From Lingula anatina (Eukaryota > Animalia > Brachiopoda): 64,000 nucleotides of DNA. The DNA lies in NCBI GenBank assembly GCA_051362555.1, contig CM120645.1:2604001-2668000 (forward strand). Direction: 5' to 3'. This document shows, in pieces, positions 1 to 12,214 of this stretch. The position numbers and the translations under genes were made by a program. Under the pieces are notes generated by a model that was not told the origin of the DNA, did not search any database, and saw only the letters and a program-made list of their open reading frames with translations. The stretch's first letter is position 1. Every line of letters begins with the position of its first letter.

Positions 1-1075
1 AGACGAAAGTAAAAGCATAAGGCTCCAGGCCCATCAGAGTTCAAGTTTATACTTAGAAAGTGCCAGAATGAGAAAAATGAAAATTTCACAAAAAATGCAT
101 AAATACAATAAACATGATAATCCAATAGAGCTGGTTTTCTCATGAGCTGAAGGCCAATCCTAAAAATCGTACTTGTAAGTTTAAAATTATAATAAGTAGC
201 ACAGTTTTCTTTTCATAATGTTTGCAGTAGCAGTGCAAAAAGATTGTTGTCAATTTTGATGTAACATTACATAATAAATTAGAGAATTATTATCACCAAT
301 TTTTGTTTATTGACTATAAATAGGATGGACATGTAGAAAATATGATTACCATTTGGCTTCATGTCCATGGGAGCTCCGAGTCCCACAATGAATATGCCAA
401 AAAGATAATGAATATTACACTAAAATGTATAACTTCCAGAAAAAGAAGCCAATTAGACTGCTTTTCTAACTCAGGCTGCATTTAAGTCCTGTGTTTCTTT
501 TTTGAAAGTTTGACAGTCATAAGTAACACGGTTTTCCCATAATGGTCATCAAGGCAGCAGCACCAAAAATTGTGTTTTCTTCTATTTTGATGCAACATTA
601 CATAATGCTTAACAGCATACTGACCATCGATTTTTAATAATTAAATATAAGTGTCATGGATTTTCACAAAATGTGACTAGCATGGGTCTTCAAGCCCATG
701 GAGGTTCTAAGTCACACCTTGGAAATGCCAATATGTGAAAAATTAAATTTTCACAAAAAACTGTTTAATTGCCAGAAAAATTTACCAAACAGACTGCATT
801 GCCTACTGAAGCTGTATTTTAGTCCCATGTTTCTTTCCTGTAAGTTTGAGAACAGTAAGTGACATGATTTTCCTTAAATGGTCATCATGGGAGCACTGCC
901 CAAAATAGGGGTTTCTTCAAATTTTGATGCAATATTACATAATGTTTTACAGCATAATGACCATCAATTTTTAATTATAAAATATTAGTATCATGGTTAT
1001 TCAGAAAATGTAACTAGCAAAAGTCTTCAGGCCCATGGAACTTCAAAGTCACATATTGAAAATGCCAAAATGTAA
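1..1075. repeat. Diverged ~333-bp tandem repeat, about 3 copies
   Basis: Shared blocks such as (a/g)gcccatgga...aatgccaa and attttgatgcaacattacataat recur, with anchors near 31, 365, 697 and 1033. Confidence 0.85.
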
Positions 1076-1469
1076 ACAAGACAGCACTGTTCTGAAATGG
1101 GTTTATTTCCATTTTTAACACTTTTTTAACATAAAACAAAATAAACAGTTTACTGCCATTTTTATATGACCAATGAAGAAAATTGATGAGATGGGAAAAG
1201 TATCAATAGAACAGTGTTAAATGTCCAACTTCCTCCATTCTGAGATTCTGAACATAGTGGATGAATGCATCTGAAAAACTGCAATGATATGAGTTTATTT
1301 CCATTTTTGACACTTTATTACACAATACATGATAACAAGTTTACCATCATTTTTACAAAATCAACTAACAATGTTGTAAAGATGCAGGAAATGTCAAACA
1401 AACACTTTTACGTATCTTATTAGTTCAATAATGAGACTGTTAACATGCTTAAGAATTGAATCTGAGGAA

Positions 1470-2095
1470 ATGTGAAAAAAACAGTATAACTTCTAAAATA
1501 ATGGCCCGATTATGCTGATTTTCGAACTCAACCTGCGTTTTAGTAAGATTGACCACTCCTGTGAGTATAATTACAATTGGCCAATCCGTTTTTCTTATAT
1601 TGTGTTATCAGTGTTGCATTTATATTGAAAATAGTGAAAAAACAGCATAAATTCCCTCAAAATAGCCCAATCATGCTGATTTTCGAACTTGACCTGCGTA
1701 TTATGAATATTCATCAGTTCTGTAAGTTTCAAGTCAAAAAGTAAAACGGTTTTCCACTTATCGTGTTATCGGTGCTGCATATATGCTGAAAAAAGTGAAA
1801 AAACAGCATAAATTACCTATAAGTGACCCGATCATGCTGATTTTCGAACTTGACCTGCGTATTATGAATATTCATCAGTTCTGTAAGTTTCAAGTCAAAA
1901 GGTAAAATGGTTTTCCACTTATAGTGTTATCGGTGCTGCATATATGCTGAAAAAAGTGAAAAAACAGCATAAATCCCCTAAAAGTGACCCGATCATGCTG
2001 ATTTTCGAACTTGACCTGCGTATTATGAATATTCACCAGTTCTGTAAGTTTCAAGCCAAAAGCAAAAACGGTGTTCCACTTATCGTGTTATCGGT
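1470..2095. repeat. 161-bp tandem repeat, about 4 copies
   Basis: ATGCTGATTTTCGAACT recurs at 1512, 1673, 1834 and 1995, an exact 161-bp period. The last three copies are nearly identical. Confidence 0.95.
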
Positions 2096-2113
2096 AAAAG
2101 TGCACGACGGCGC

Positions 2114-2144
<31 letters not shown>

Positions 2145-2481
2145 AGACGCAGATGATGGCTATATGTACAGACACATCTGTGTCTGTACATAAAAATGTC
2201 ATAATTCTTTGTTCCTGTTGTAAATGATTTATAAGATGCCTTATCGAAATAGTGAATTATATAATTGGATAATAGTGATGGTTGAATAAATAAATAAATA
2301 AACAAATTCAGTGATAAAACTTACACATCAATGATATCTATTAACAAGGTTTATGTAAAGTTTAATCATTTAATACCAAAGATAACTCTGATAGTCAATA
2401 GTATATATTTCCAGGTCAAAAATAGGATACAATGGTATCAGAGATAAGAAAAATAAATTTTGAAAAAAAAAAGACATGTAC

Positions 2482-3214
2482 CTTTGAGAGGGCCCTCTAG
2501 TGTGTCTAAGGCATCACACAGAATCTTCTCCACGTCGCGTCTCTCTGCACGTGTACAGAACGGAGGCAAGGAGTAGCCACGCACACTGCGTCCAGTACGC
2601 ACGCGCACAGAGAACACGTAGGCTGGGTCCAAGTTTTCTCCTAGGTTAGAAAAACAGATGGGTATTTAAAGTTGGCCTTGACTTTATGTTTTATAAAATG
2701 TAAAAATAAATATAAATTGAAATTCTCAGCTGATACACTTACACAAAATTCTATGAAATCTTTCTTTGCAAATTTGCTACTATGTTTGGCATATGATTTA
2801 CAAATCTAACTTAGGAATACAGCAACATAAAATCAGAATTTTAGTTGAATACTCAAATATCAAAAAAGTTTAATATGATAAAAAAACACTGATACTATAG
2901 AACAAATTTTCAACATGCCATTTTTTAAAACTGTGTTAAAAATAAATCTCTTTTGACCAAAACAAAGAGGTACACTACTAATCTTACACTCACCTCCAAT
3001 GATTTTGGATGCATCTAAGTCAGTCTTGTGCTTGGCGCTCTTCTTGTAGCCGCCATGACGCCCTTCAATAACTGGGTCAAATAGTTCTGCGAAGGTGTCA
3101 TAAGACTCCTCATCACCAGCCACACAACCTGTAGTTATATTACATATAAGTCATATAAAATATATAAAAACCCACATTTATTATCTATAAAACTAGTATA
3201 AATGTAAATAAATG

Positions 3215-3289
<75 letters not shown>

Positions 3290-5781
3290 CACTGACCCAC
3301 TGTATAGATAAAAGGATGTCCAGGGTTGTCCACTCCAGTCTGGATGACCTCGTCCAGGGTGTAACCAGCAGGTGTTTTGAGGTCCTGAAGAGCGGCAAAG
3401 GTCTCTGGTGTGAGGCATTTTGCCATCCAATTGTTATGCTTGCTGAGTTCTGGGTAGTTAGGCAAGGTGCTGGGGTCCACTTTTCTAGAATTCAAAAGAA
3501 TTGGTTTATGTTTTAAAGTTTTAAATGTGTCATCCAAATATAGGTCCTGTTTTACAAATAAATAAATATATAAATAAAAAAAGTAAAAAAAAAATCTTAA
3601 TGTTTGCAGTATATGATCACCTCTACAAATAATTAAATATTGTTTTATCTGGGAGTCAAATCTCCTGAAAAAAGAGGAGTGAGGTTATCTTAGAATCAAT
3701 TTTAGAATCATCATTTCAGGTATAACTTGACATTTTGACAGGTAAGTAATCTGAATCTTTCCAGAATTAGAAATTTAAACATGCCTGTGTTCATAAAAAT
3801 ATATTTAAAAAGATAATGGTTCTTATAAACACACTGGTGGGAGACTATACAAAAAGGAGTAAGAAGTAAGGATAGTAACAGGACCACAAATCATGAAATG
3901 TTAATCTAATACAACTGCATTTCCTTAAGTACCTAACATTGCACAACAAGAGAATATGAAGACAATGTCACAACCCAGACTTTCAATGGCTCTCTCAACT
4001 AACATATCCGTAGCTTTCACAACTGACCTAATTTACATGGTCACATCAGTATAATGTTACAAAATATTCGTGAGATCCGTAAATAAATAAATAAAAATAA
4101 AAACAAATAAATAAATGCCCACCACATTTCAGGCTTATCATGTTAGCTTATAAAATGTTTGCCACATTTTAAAATTAGCTTGCATATTTCAACATAACAA
4201 AAATATAAAAGAAATAATAATACTAGTACTTATTTTACAAAGTCATAATCCATCAGGTCCCTTTTATATTTATGTATGTCCTATTATTTTAATAATAATT
4301 ACTTTAAAGTGTAAAATGTTTAACATTTACTCACTCCATTTCACTACTTCATAACTCATTTGCAGTTTGGTTGTAAACTTACACATAAAAAATAAACAAT
4401 TTGATGAATCATACCTTTTCGCCTTGCCAAGCTAAAGTGACATTTACTTATGAAGCACAAATGACATTTTCCCACCCTCAGCTCTAAATTCAGTAAAACA
4501 ATAAACCAAATTTAACAAAATTTTACGCATTCCCAAATACGGTATATCATGTCAAAATGTTAGAGGGGTTGTCAAACTTTGACTTTATTCATATCATTCT
4601 TTAAGTTGTCAGAGGTTTCTGTGCATTCACTAGCTAGCAGACCTTTTATTTAAACTTACATACTTCTACTTGAAATTAATTCACTACTACTATCTTTGAT
4701 GGTTCTTGGATCAAAATGCCATGACTCCCTGGTAAAAACATGATTAGTCTCTTTAAAAACTATTCACCTTACCTTATACAACTTTTTGTCTAGTGTGGTA
4801 TTAATTGTTACGCATGAGTTTTTTAATGGAAGTTAGCTTTGTAAACCATTCATTATCTTCTTTATTCAAAACTCTCTGGGGAGCATATTAACAGTAACTC
4901 ATACCAGTGCTACTTTGTTTAATCACGATGGCTTTTAATTTGACACCATGTCTGTAGGGATACATCACAGTCTGCGTGTGACAAAATTTGACAGGTGCGT
5001 TTTGGTTTACTTCCCTACTCCACCTGTACGTAAGCTTATCTCATAGTCAACCAATGAGATAACATACAACATTGCCCGTCACCGCATTCAGCGCCATACC
5101 AACGGGACAAACTCAAACTGTAATCAGCCCCATGAAAAATGATAAATCAATACGCTGTCTTTGTTGTTAAGTCAATGTTTACAAACAACGCTATGGACCT
5201 ATGCAAGGTTGCTCCACATAATTACCTATGTTTGATACAACTGGAGTAAATATTTAATTCAGCTTGTTAAAAGTTGCTGGGTAAATTTTTAGAAAAAAAA
5301 TGTTTTGTACTTCGTACTTGCTTCGGAACCTTTGATACCTCATGCATATCGATTTGCCTTTTGATGGGGGAAAAAATAAAAAAGATTTATTTTTACATGA
5401 AGGGTAAAAAAACTACCAGTTGATTTTATAGTAAATTTGATTCATAATAACAATTTAGATAAAAAATTAACCACTAAAAACTGATTATTATTATTATTAT
5501 TAGGAAGAATAGTAGTTTCCATAGTTTTACTGAACACCAAAAATTCAGAAAACAATGCCAAAACAAGGGCTTATATATATTATGATACTGAAATATTATC
5601 TAACTCTCCTAACATGTATCCTGACATGACCCCTTGTAACACCAAGCTCCAAGCTCATACTAAAATGGCTATAACTAACCTCCATTATAAAAAACAATAA
5701 ATGCTTCAACTATTTTTTTAATATACAATTCCACTTCATCGAAGTTTGAAGACTGACAAATTTGAACCTACTAGTTACCCC

Positions 5782-5812
<31 letters not shown>

Positions 5813-8800
5813 ACACACACCCTTCTGTAATCTTCTGATCTTCAGAAATCATAGGAATTCTTTTTAAAAAAATATATCCTCGTCAAACCTAATTCAGGGA
5901 CTCTGTGCTCAGATTATCACCAAATGAGCTCCAGTGAGCAACAACCATGCTATCTATACCAAAGAAAATGGCATGTCTTAAATTCCAATTTCTCTTCAGC
6001 TAAATTTCTGTTGATTTGGCCTTTAAAGTCTTATCTGAATAAATAACCTCATCAAATCAAGAAAGAAAAAGAAACCCTCTAGTGAACCTTATTTCTGCAT
6101 GTTATTATTTACGGTAATTTGGAAGACAGAAAATTCAATATTACAACTTAAAACCCTCATTTTCCTCTCTCCAATCCAACATTCCAGTGGAGGAAGCCCA
6201 CTTCTCATCAATTAAATATCTGACATAAAACCTACTAGGCCTCTTATTCTCTAATAGCATTCAAAATTCAATAAATGGTGTTAAAAATAAAACACCACGC
6301 TCTTTTACATTTCCTGTATATCTCGTCCTGTCTCGACAGACTGAGACAAAGGCGTCTATGTGCTGCTTTGTGGAAGAACAGAGAACATCTTGCAGTGACA
6401 TTTGGGGACCATTTTAATAAGTATTGACTCTGCATTGATCTCACCACAGCTTACAAATCAACCAAGGAAATGCATCGTCATTTCATACGGCAAGCTTTTC
6501 GCATTGTTGGCATTGATCAATATTAGCTGGGAGGATTTTGCTATGGAACACTGCTATGTGGATTTCTTATCGAGGCAGTCTAAAAAAATTATATATAAAT
6601 TCTGTTCTCATGTTAACTTCTGTGGTGAAAAGTTGCTTGAACTGCCAGTGTACTTGTATGTCACTGTCACATGGTATTTTGTTAATCTTTTCGAAAAAAA
6701 AAAGATAATAAGCTATCTTTTCTTCATTGTACATATTGTTATTTAAGTTAATGAAAATATGAATTTGCAGTGAAGAATAGAAATATGAAATGGGAAGATG
6801 TCTGAAATGTCAAAAATCAATAAAAATGGGATATTTACTATCATATCAAAGTGGGATACAGCAGATCAAAGTGGGAGATGAGTGGGACAACAGATTAAAG
6901 TGGGAGATGGGTGGGACAACAGATTTAAGTGGGATATGACGACACAAAGTGAGAAATGGCAGAATAAAGTGAGACATAACATATTAAAGTGGGATGGGGC
7001 AAAAAAATTTTATAGTACACAGCAAATACAAATGGGATATGGTGGAGCGTTGTAAAAAATGACTGAAAATTGTGGGACTAAACAGATTTAAGTGGGACAA
7101 TGATGACTGAGATATAGCAGAAAATAAATGAAGGACAAAAAGTGGGATATGACCTTACTAAATGGGAAATGACAGAATGAGGTACAAATCCCAAGAATTT
7201 GGGGAACAAAACAATCCAGGATCTGAGAAGACTTAGACTGAATCCACAGCAAAAGAAACTGCTATATATACAGCTTCAAGTACAGGGTGTGACCTTTCTA
7301 AATACTCTCCTGCCTCAGTTAGCTCTAACTAGAGTTTCCTCATATTCATTACCTGACTGGTTCATTATCTGGGCATGCTTTATCACTTGTAAAAAAATAT
7401 AAACAACAAAATAAAATAATAATGAAATGAAAAATAAAAATAAATAAATAAAACAGCTACACAGCTACACTGGGTATTTAATTTTTCAACTTATCCATTT
7501 GTATAATTCTATTTTCATTACCTATAAGTTTACTTCAAAGTTTATACAAATTATGTCTAAAAATTCATACATGTATAGCTATTTACCAGAGTCAGTTATA
7601 ATAAAATTGCTCTTACACATCTACCAAAAGCTACACAACTACAGGGGAGTGGGTAAACCTATTAAGCTGTGCATTGCCTCACATTCAAAAACAGTAATAG
7701 AACTCTAAAACAAAGATGAAAAAATTCCTACAGCACCATTATGACAGTTCTAGAAGACTTAAAAAGATGATAAAAATGAGGTAATAGTTCTGATGACACC
7801 CCAATAAACAGGTTTTTAATGATAAAGTTCCTGTTTGTCATCTGGACTACAAAAGTTTGCCTTAATATACGCTGCCGTTTCGAAAATAACCACACACTTA
7901 CATATGCTATCAAGAGATCAGTTGTGAGCTTCTATAGCTATATCTATATATTCTGTTCAGTGTTTTATGATTGTGCTACCCTGGGATCTTAAAAGTAAAT
8001 TATGGAGTGTACTAGTGGAAAATAGATAGGGATGTTAGGCTGATCAATTTACACAGGGATACAATGCAGACTAGCTGTGAAATCTATTGATTCAATATGG
8101 GAATCTCACTGGGCAGAAATAACCTAGAAGTATCTAAATGAGGGATGTGGCATTATTTTTATCTCTTTGCAAACTAAGATTGTCTGGTTTGTCAAGATGT
8201 GACGGAAAAAAACAACAGTTGTTGGAAGTGATAGCATTTGATAGCACATTACTGATTAACTCAAATAATTCTAAAAAATTCACTTTTGGTACATAAGGAT
8301 TTTCAGATATTAATATTTGATCAATTTCTTTTCTTAATATACTATTAAATTTGAATATTTTCTTCTGCTGTTGTTGTATCAAATCTTGAATAAATAATCA
8401 ATGGTGCAGCAATTCTAGCTACATACAATTATCTAAGACTATCCATACATTATGTAAGTGCATCTGCTTCAAATGGAGGTGCTATCAAATACCTGACGAA
8501 TGTCACAGTTAATAACTTTAGATACCTGATAACTAAGTTTTTTCTAACCACTATCTAACTACCAGACTATCTAATATTATCTTATCTCTATTACATTACC
8601 ACTACGGTATTTTTTTAATCTACCACTGCTCTTAAAGTTCCTTGACAAATTAGTGGGATATCATTGCTTTCCTTTACATCAGGTTGAAATGTCATCTAGG
8701 TGTAGTGCAAGGAGGGAAAACTGTTTTTTTTTCTATCAAACTAAAGAGGGTGTAGATAGAAAACCAGAACTTGTGAACAACTATATCAGAATGTCTGTTC

Positions 8801-11800
8801 TAATCTAATCTCTTAAGGGATTAAATTACACAGGGTTTATACATACTCCTTATTGGCAGCTGGCCCACTGGAAAAAAGCAACCAAAAGGATATCGTTTTA
8901 AATGTGGGTCTGATTTTTGTAAGTCTTAAAATCTAACAGGACTGCCATGAAATTGGAAATTCAAACTCAACTTCTGTAGCAGTTAATAATTAATGCAACT
9001 GAAACTTTGAATGAATTAAAATAAAGTTTAAGAATTATAAATGAACATACTGATAAGTACTCAAATAAGCTTTGGTAAAATTACTCAATAAGCAGTGAAA
9101 GCAAATTGACAAATGCATATGAATAATCTGAAATGAAAAATGATACGCAAAAACAAATGCTAAGCAAGTTGTGTATTAAACAATATTTGTCAATGAATAA
9201 AATAATCATTTAAAGTAATTTTTTTAATAATTATGAAAAAAATGTGCAAAACCAATACGGCTAATAAGTGATCTATTGTCAAATGGAATATCTTGGTGCC
9301 ACAATGACTTTTAAACAGCAAGCTCTAAAAAGACTATTATTATTATTAAATCAACTTTTAAAAAGGAGGGAACAATAAATATATTAAAAGAAAGAAGTCC
9401 CCAAAAAGATTAATCACCTTTTCAAAAGAAAGAAAGAATAAATATATTTCTGTAAAAGGCACGGAAGGATAAAATTTAGATTCCATCCACAGCTTGGGGT
9501 GTCTATTAGAATTCCTTGTGATCCATACTACAACCACACTACGCCATCACAGATAACAAATTGCCAAATTTGGACAGAATGAAAAGCACATTAGGCAAGG
9601 CAGCAATCAATAAATATTACATTAGTAGTCTCCCTTGTGTCTCAGACATGAAGCCAAGTGCGATGTTCAAGTGTGTCTAACGTCCATCACAAGCTGTGAA
9701 ACATACTCAAGCCGCACGCATATATGCACCCACGCCAAGACTCATGCTAGCTAAGATATTAGTCAAGCATCATTCTTCTACTGAATGCTGAGGAATATTT
9801 GAGGACGGCTTTGAATTTTTTTTCAAAAATTTAAACCGTTTTACCACTAAATTTCAGAATATGATACTACAATGCTTCTTTTACTAAATATTAAAGAGAT
9901 ATTTTCAATGTTGAGAATGGCCACCATTCCTCCCCCCCCCCCCAAAAAAAAAAAAAAAAAAGAAAAAAAAACTCATACCTTTGCCTCATTGGTCTTCAAT
10001 AACATTATACTATGGGTTCCAGAAGAGCATAAAAATATATTTTTAAAAAGTAATAAACCTATTTCCCGTTGATATGGTGATTAAAACAATAGCCATACAG
10101 CCAGTACAAAAAAAATGCTAGCATGACCTCTGTTAATGGAACTTGGGGGTTATAGCACACTAGGGTAAATATTAGAACAATTCTACCAACTTAAAGTGAC
10201 AAAGCTCTATTGTATTATACGGCAGTGAAACATTAATCGCCAGACACACCCATTTCAATATCAGACTGTCAGAGGGGTTATGGGCAAAAAGTAAATTAAG
10301 TAAATAAACGAGAGCTCACAAATCATAAAGAGAGTTAATGCAGATTATAGCTATAATGTAGAATGTTAATACCTCTTAACTAAGAGGTATGAGGAGAGGA
10401 GGTTATTTTTATGATATAATATTATTATTTCTTTTCAATTCTAAACACAATATAATGTTGTCATCCCAAAAGTCCACTCGTCTTCAGAAAAGGGTTTATC
10501 CTATATCTAATAATGGCATTCATCTACAAGGTTATAAGTTACCAGCTAATATAATAACCACAAGAAGTAGATACAATATCTACAGGGGTTAATTCTCTGA
10601 GCTACAGAAAAAAAGAAATGTAAATTATGTTATTCTGTGTCTAGGGTAAATGTACTGGGATTATGTAATCTAGGTTATTTTCTAAATGGGAAATATGATG
10701 TCTTGGTGGGGGGTCCATCCCCACCTCTACCTACGCTCTAGCTCCTCCCTGCTTGGTGTCACTGTAATGATCATAACAAAACAATATTAATAAACAAACA
10801 AAAAAAAAGACAAACAAAAGACAAAAATAAAAAACACTTTAGAATTATACAAGTGTCAATTATTTCTGTGTGTTTGTATGTTCCATTCACTTTTTTTTAA
10901 TTGGATAAAGTTAATTTTTGTAACCACCTGTCATAACTACCCGTATATGCTTATCAAAACCCCATTTTTCCACTCACAGCCTAATAGATGGAAAACATAT
11001 GGAAATTGAACCAAAAATGAAGTGATTTTAACATAGTTGCCTTAAGTCCATGCATGTTTGTCACAACTGACAAATTAATCATCCCCTATAACAATGTGGA
11101 AACACTAAAAGTGAATTTTATGACTTCATTTACACATGTTTTTCCGTGTTTCCTATCCCTGAGGTATAAATATAAGTGACAAACAAGTGTAGTAGACTTA
11201 CTAGGTAGAGCAAATAGTGGCTCCATGGCATAAAAAATAATTACAATAAGATGAGGTGGGTCGAAAATCTATTGTAATATTAATAATAATAATAAGTTAA
11301 CTTAATTATTGTTAAAATATCATTGATAAGCATGATTAAACAATATTTAATACTGAAAGGAGTGACAAATGTTTTTGCTGTTGCCAATAAAACAGGTCAA
11401 ATACATTGATCACAATTAATGTATCAATAATTCTACACCATAATTTGATTTAATAAATTTCCCTTTTTTTTTAATTGAAGCAAACTGGCCCAGCTATGAC
11501 AACCTTTCCTAACGCAGTCTCAACGCAAGTCTCTGGTCCTCTGCCTGTAGACAGTAAAATTTTGTTTCGACCATAACATTGTAGACTTTTCAAAATGAGT
11601 GAATTAAGTGGTAGAACATGGCCATTAAATTTTATTTGATCTAAATTTTTCAAAAGACTTTTTTCTGAAATGTAACAATGTTTGACAAAATCAAGGTCTT
11701 ATTATTTCCAATATTAATGCAATAGTCGTATTGACATTTTTATTCATACCAGTGAATACTGGTTAGGACCGGTCCACATGGCCTGAACGCCGAAAAGTTA

Positions 11801-12177
11801 ATGTCACAGACTGCAAATGTGACATGCATATAAATTAAAACGTACCTGGGAAGTCTGAGTCTGAGTCACAGCCTTATCGTAGATTACAACACGGCTTTCA
11901 ATAAAATATTTGCTTTAGGTGTAATATCAATTGTGCTGTAGTTGAGGCACGTTTTGTTCACCCAGTGCTGTGTTATTCTACACAATTATGCTGCATTTGT
12001 AAAATTTAAATGCTGCTTTTGTAAATTTGCATCCATTCATAGAGGCAGGGTATTTGAGGAGTGCTCAAGCATCAACTCTTGGGCACATTTCTTAGTATAT
12101 GATTACAATTACAGTAAATCAGAATTCTTTGTGAAAATGAGACTTAGACAAGGTGTAGATGTGTGCAGGCGTATGTC

Positions 12178-12214
<37 letters not shown>

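Larger units (their letters stand above)
1..2196 (+). mobile_element. Putative non-autonomous Helentron (HINE/DINE-1-like) element with internal satellite array; 5' end lies outside the window
   Basis: A tandem array (1-~2095) is followed by a GAC/GGC microsatellite (~2104-2150), a perfect hairpin TATGTACAGACACA-tc-TGTGTCTGTACATA (2163-2192) and an A-run. This order is the known 3' architecture of Helentron-associated interspersed elements. It lies in an intron of the creatine kinase gene. Confidence 0.65.

Noticed and set aside
1470-2095. Regular repeat array as a possible CRISPR
   Set aside because: Units are contiguous 161-bp copies with no unique spacers, there are no cas genes, and the context is a eukaryotic intron.
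1944-2305. ORFs 1944-2156 (+) and 2051-2305 (-)
   Set aside because: They are by-products of the satellite unit and the GAC microsatellite, with no splice or homology support.
10300-10600. Possible decayed LINE reverse-transcriptase fragment on the minus strand ([13 protein letters not shown])
   Set aside because: Only one short motif-like match amid many stops. It cannot be supported without a profile search.
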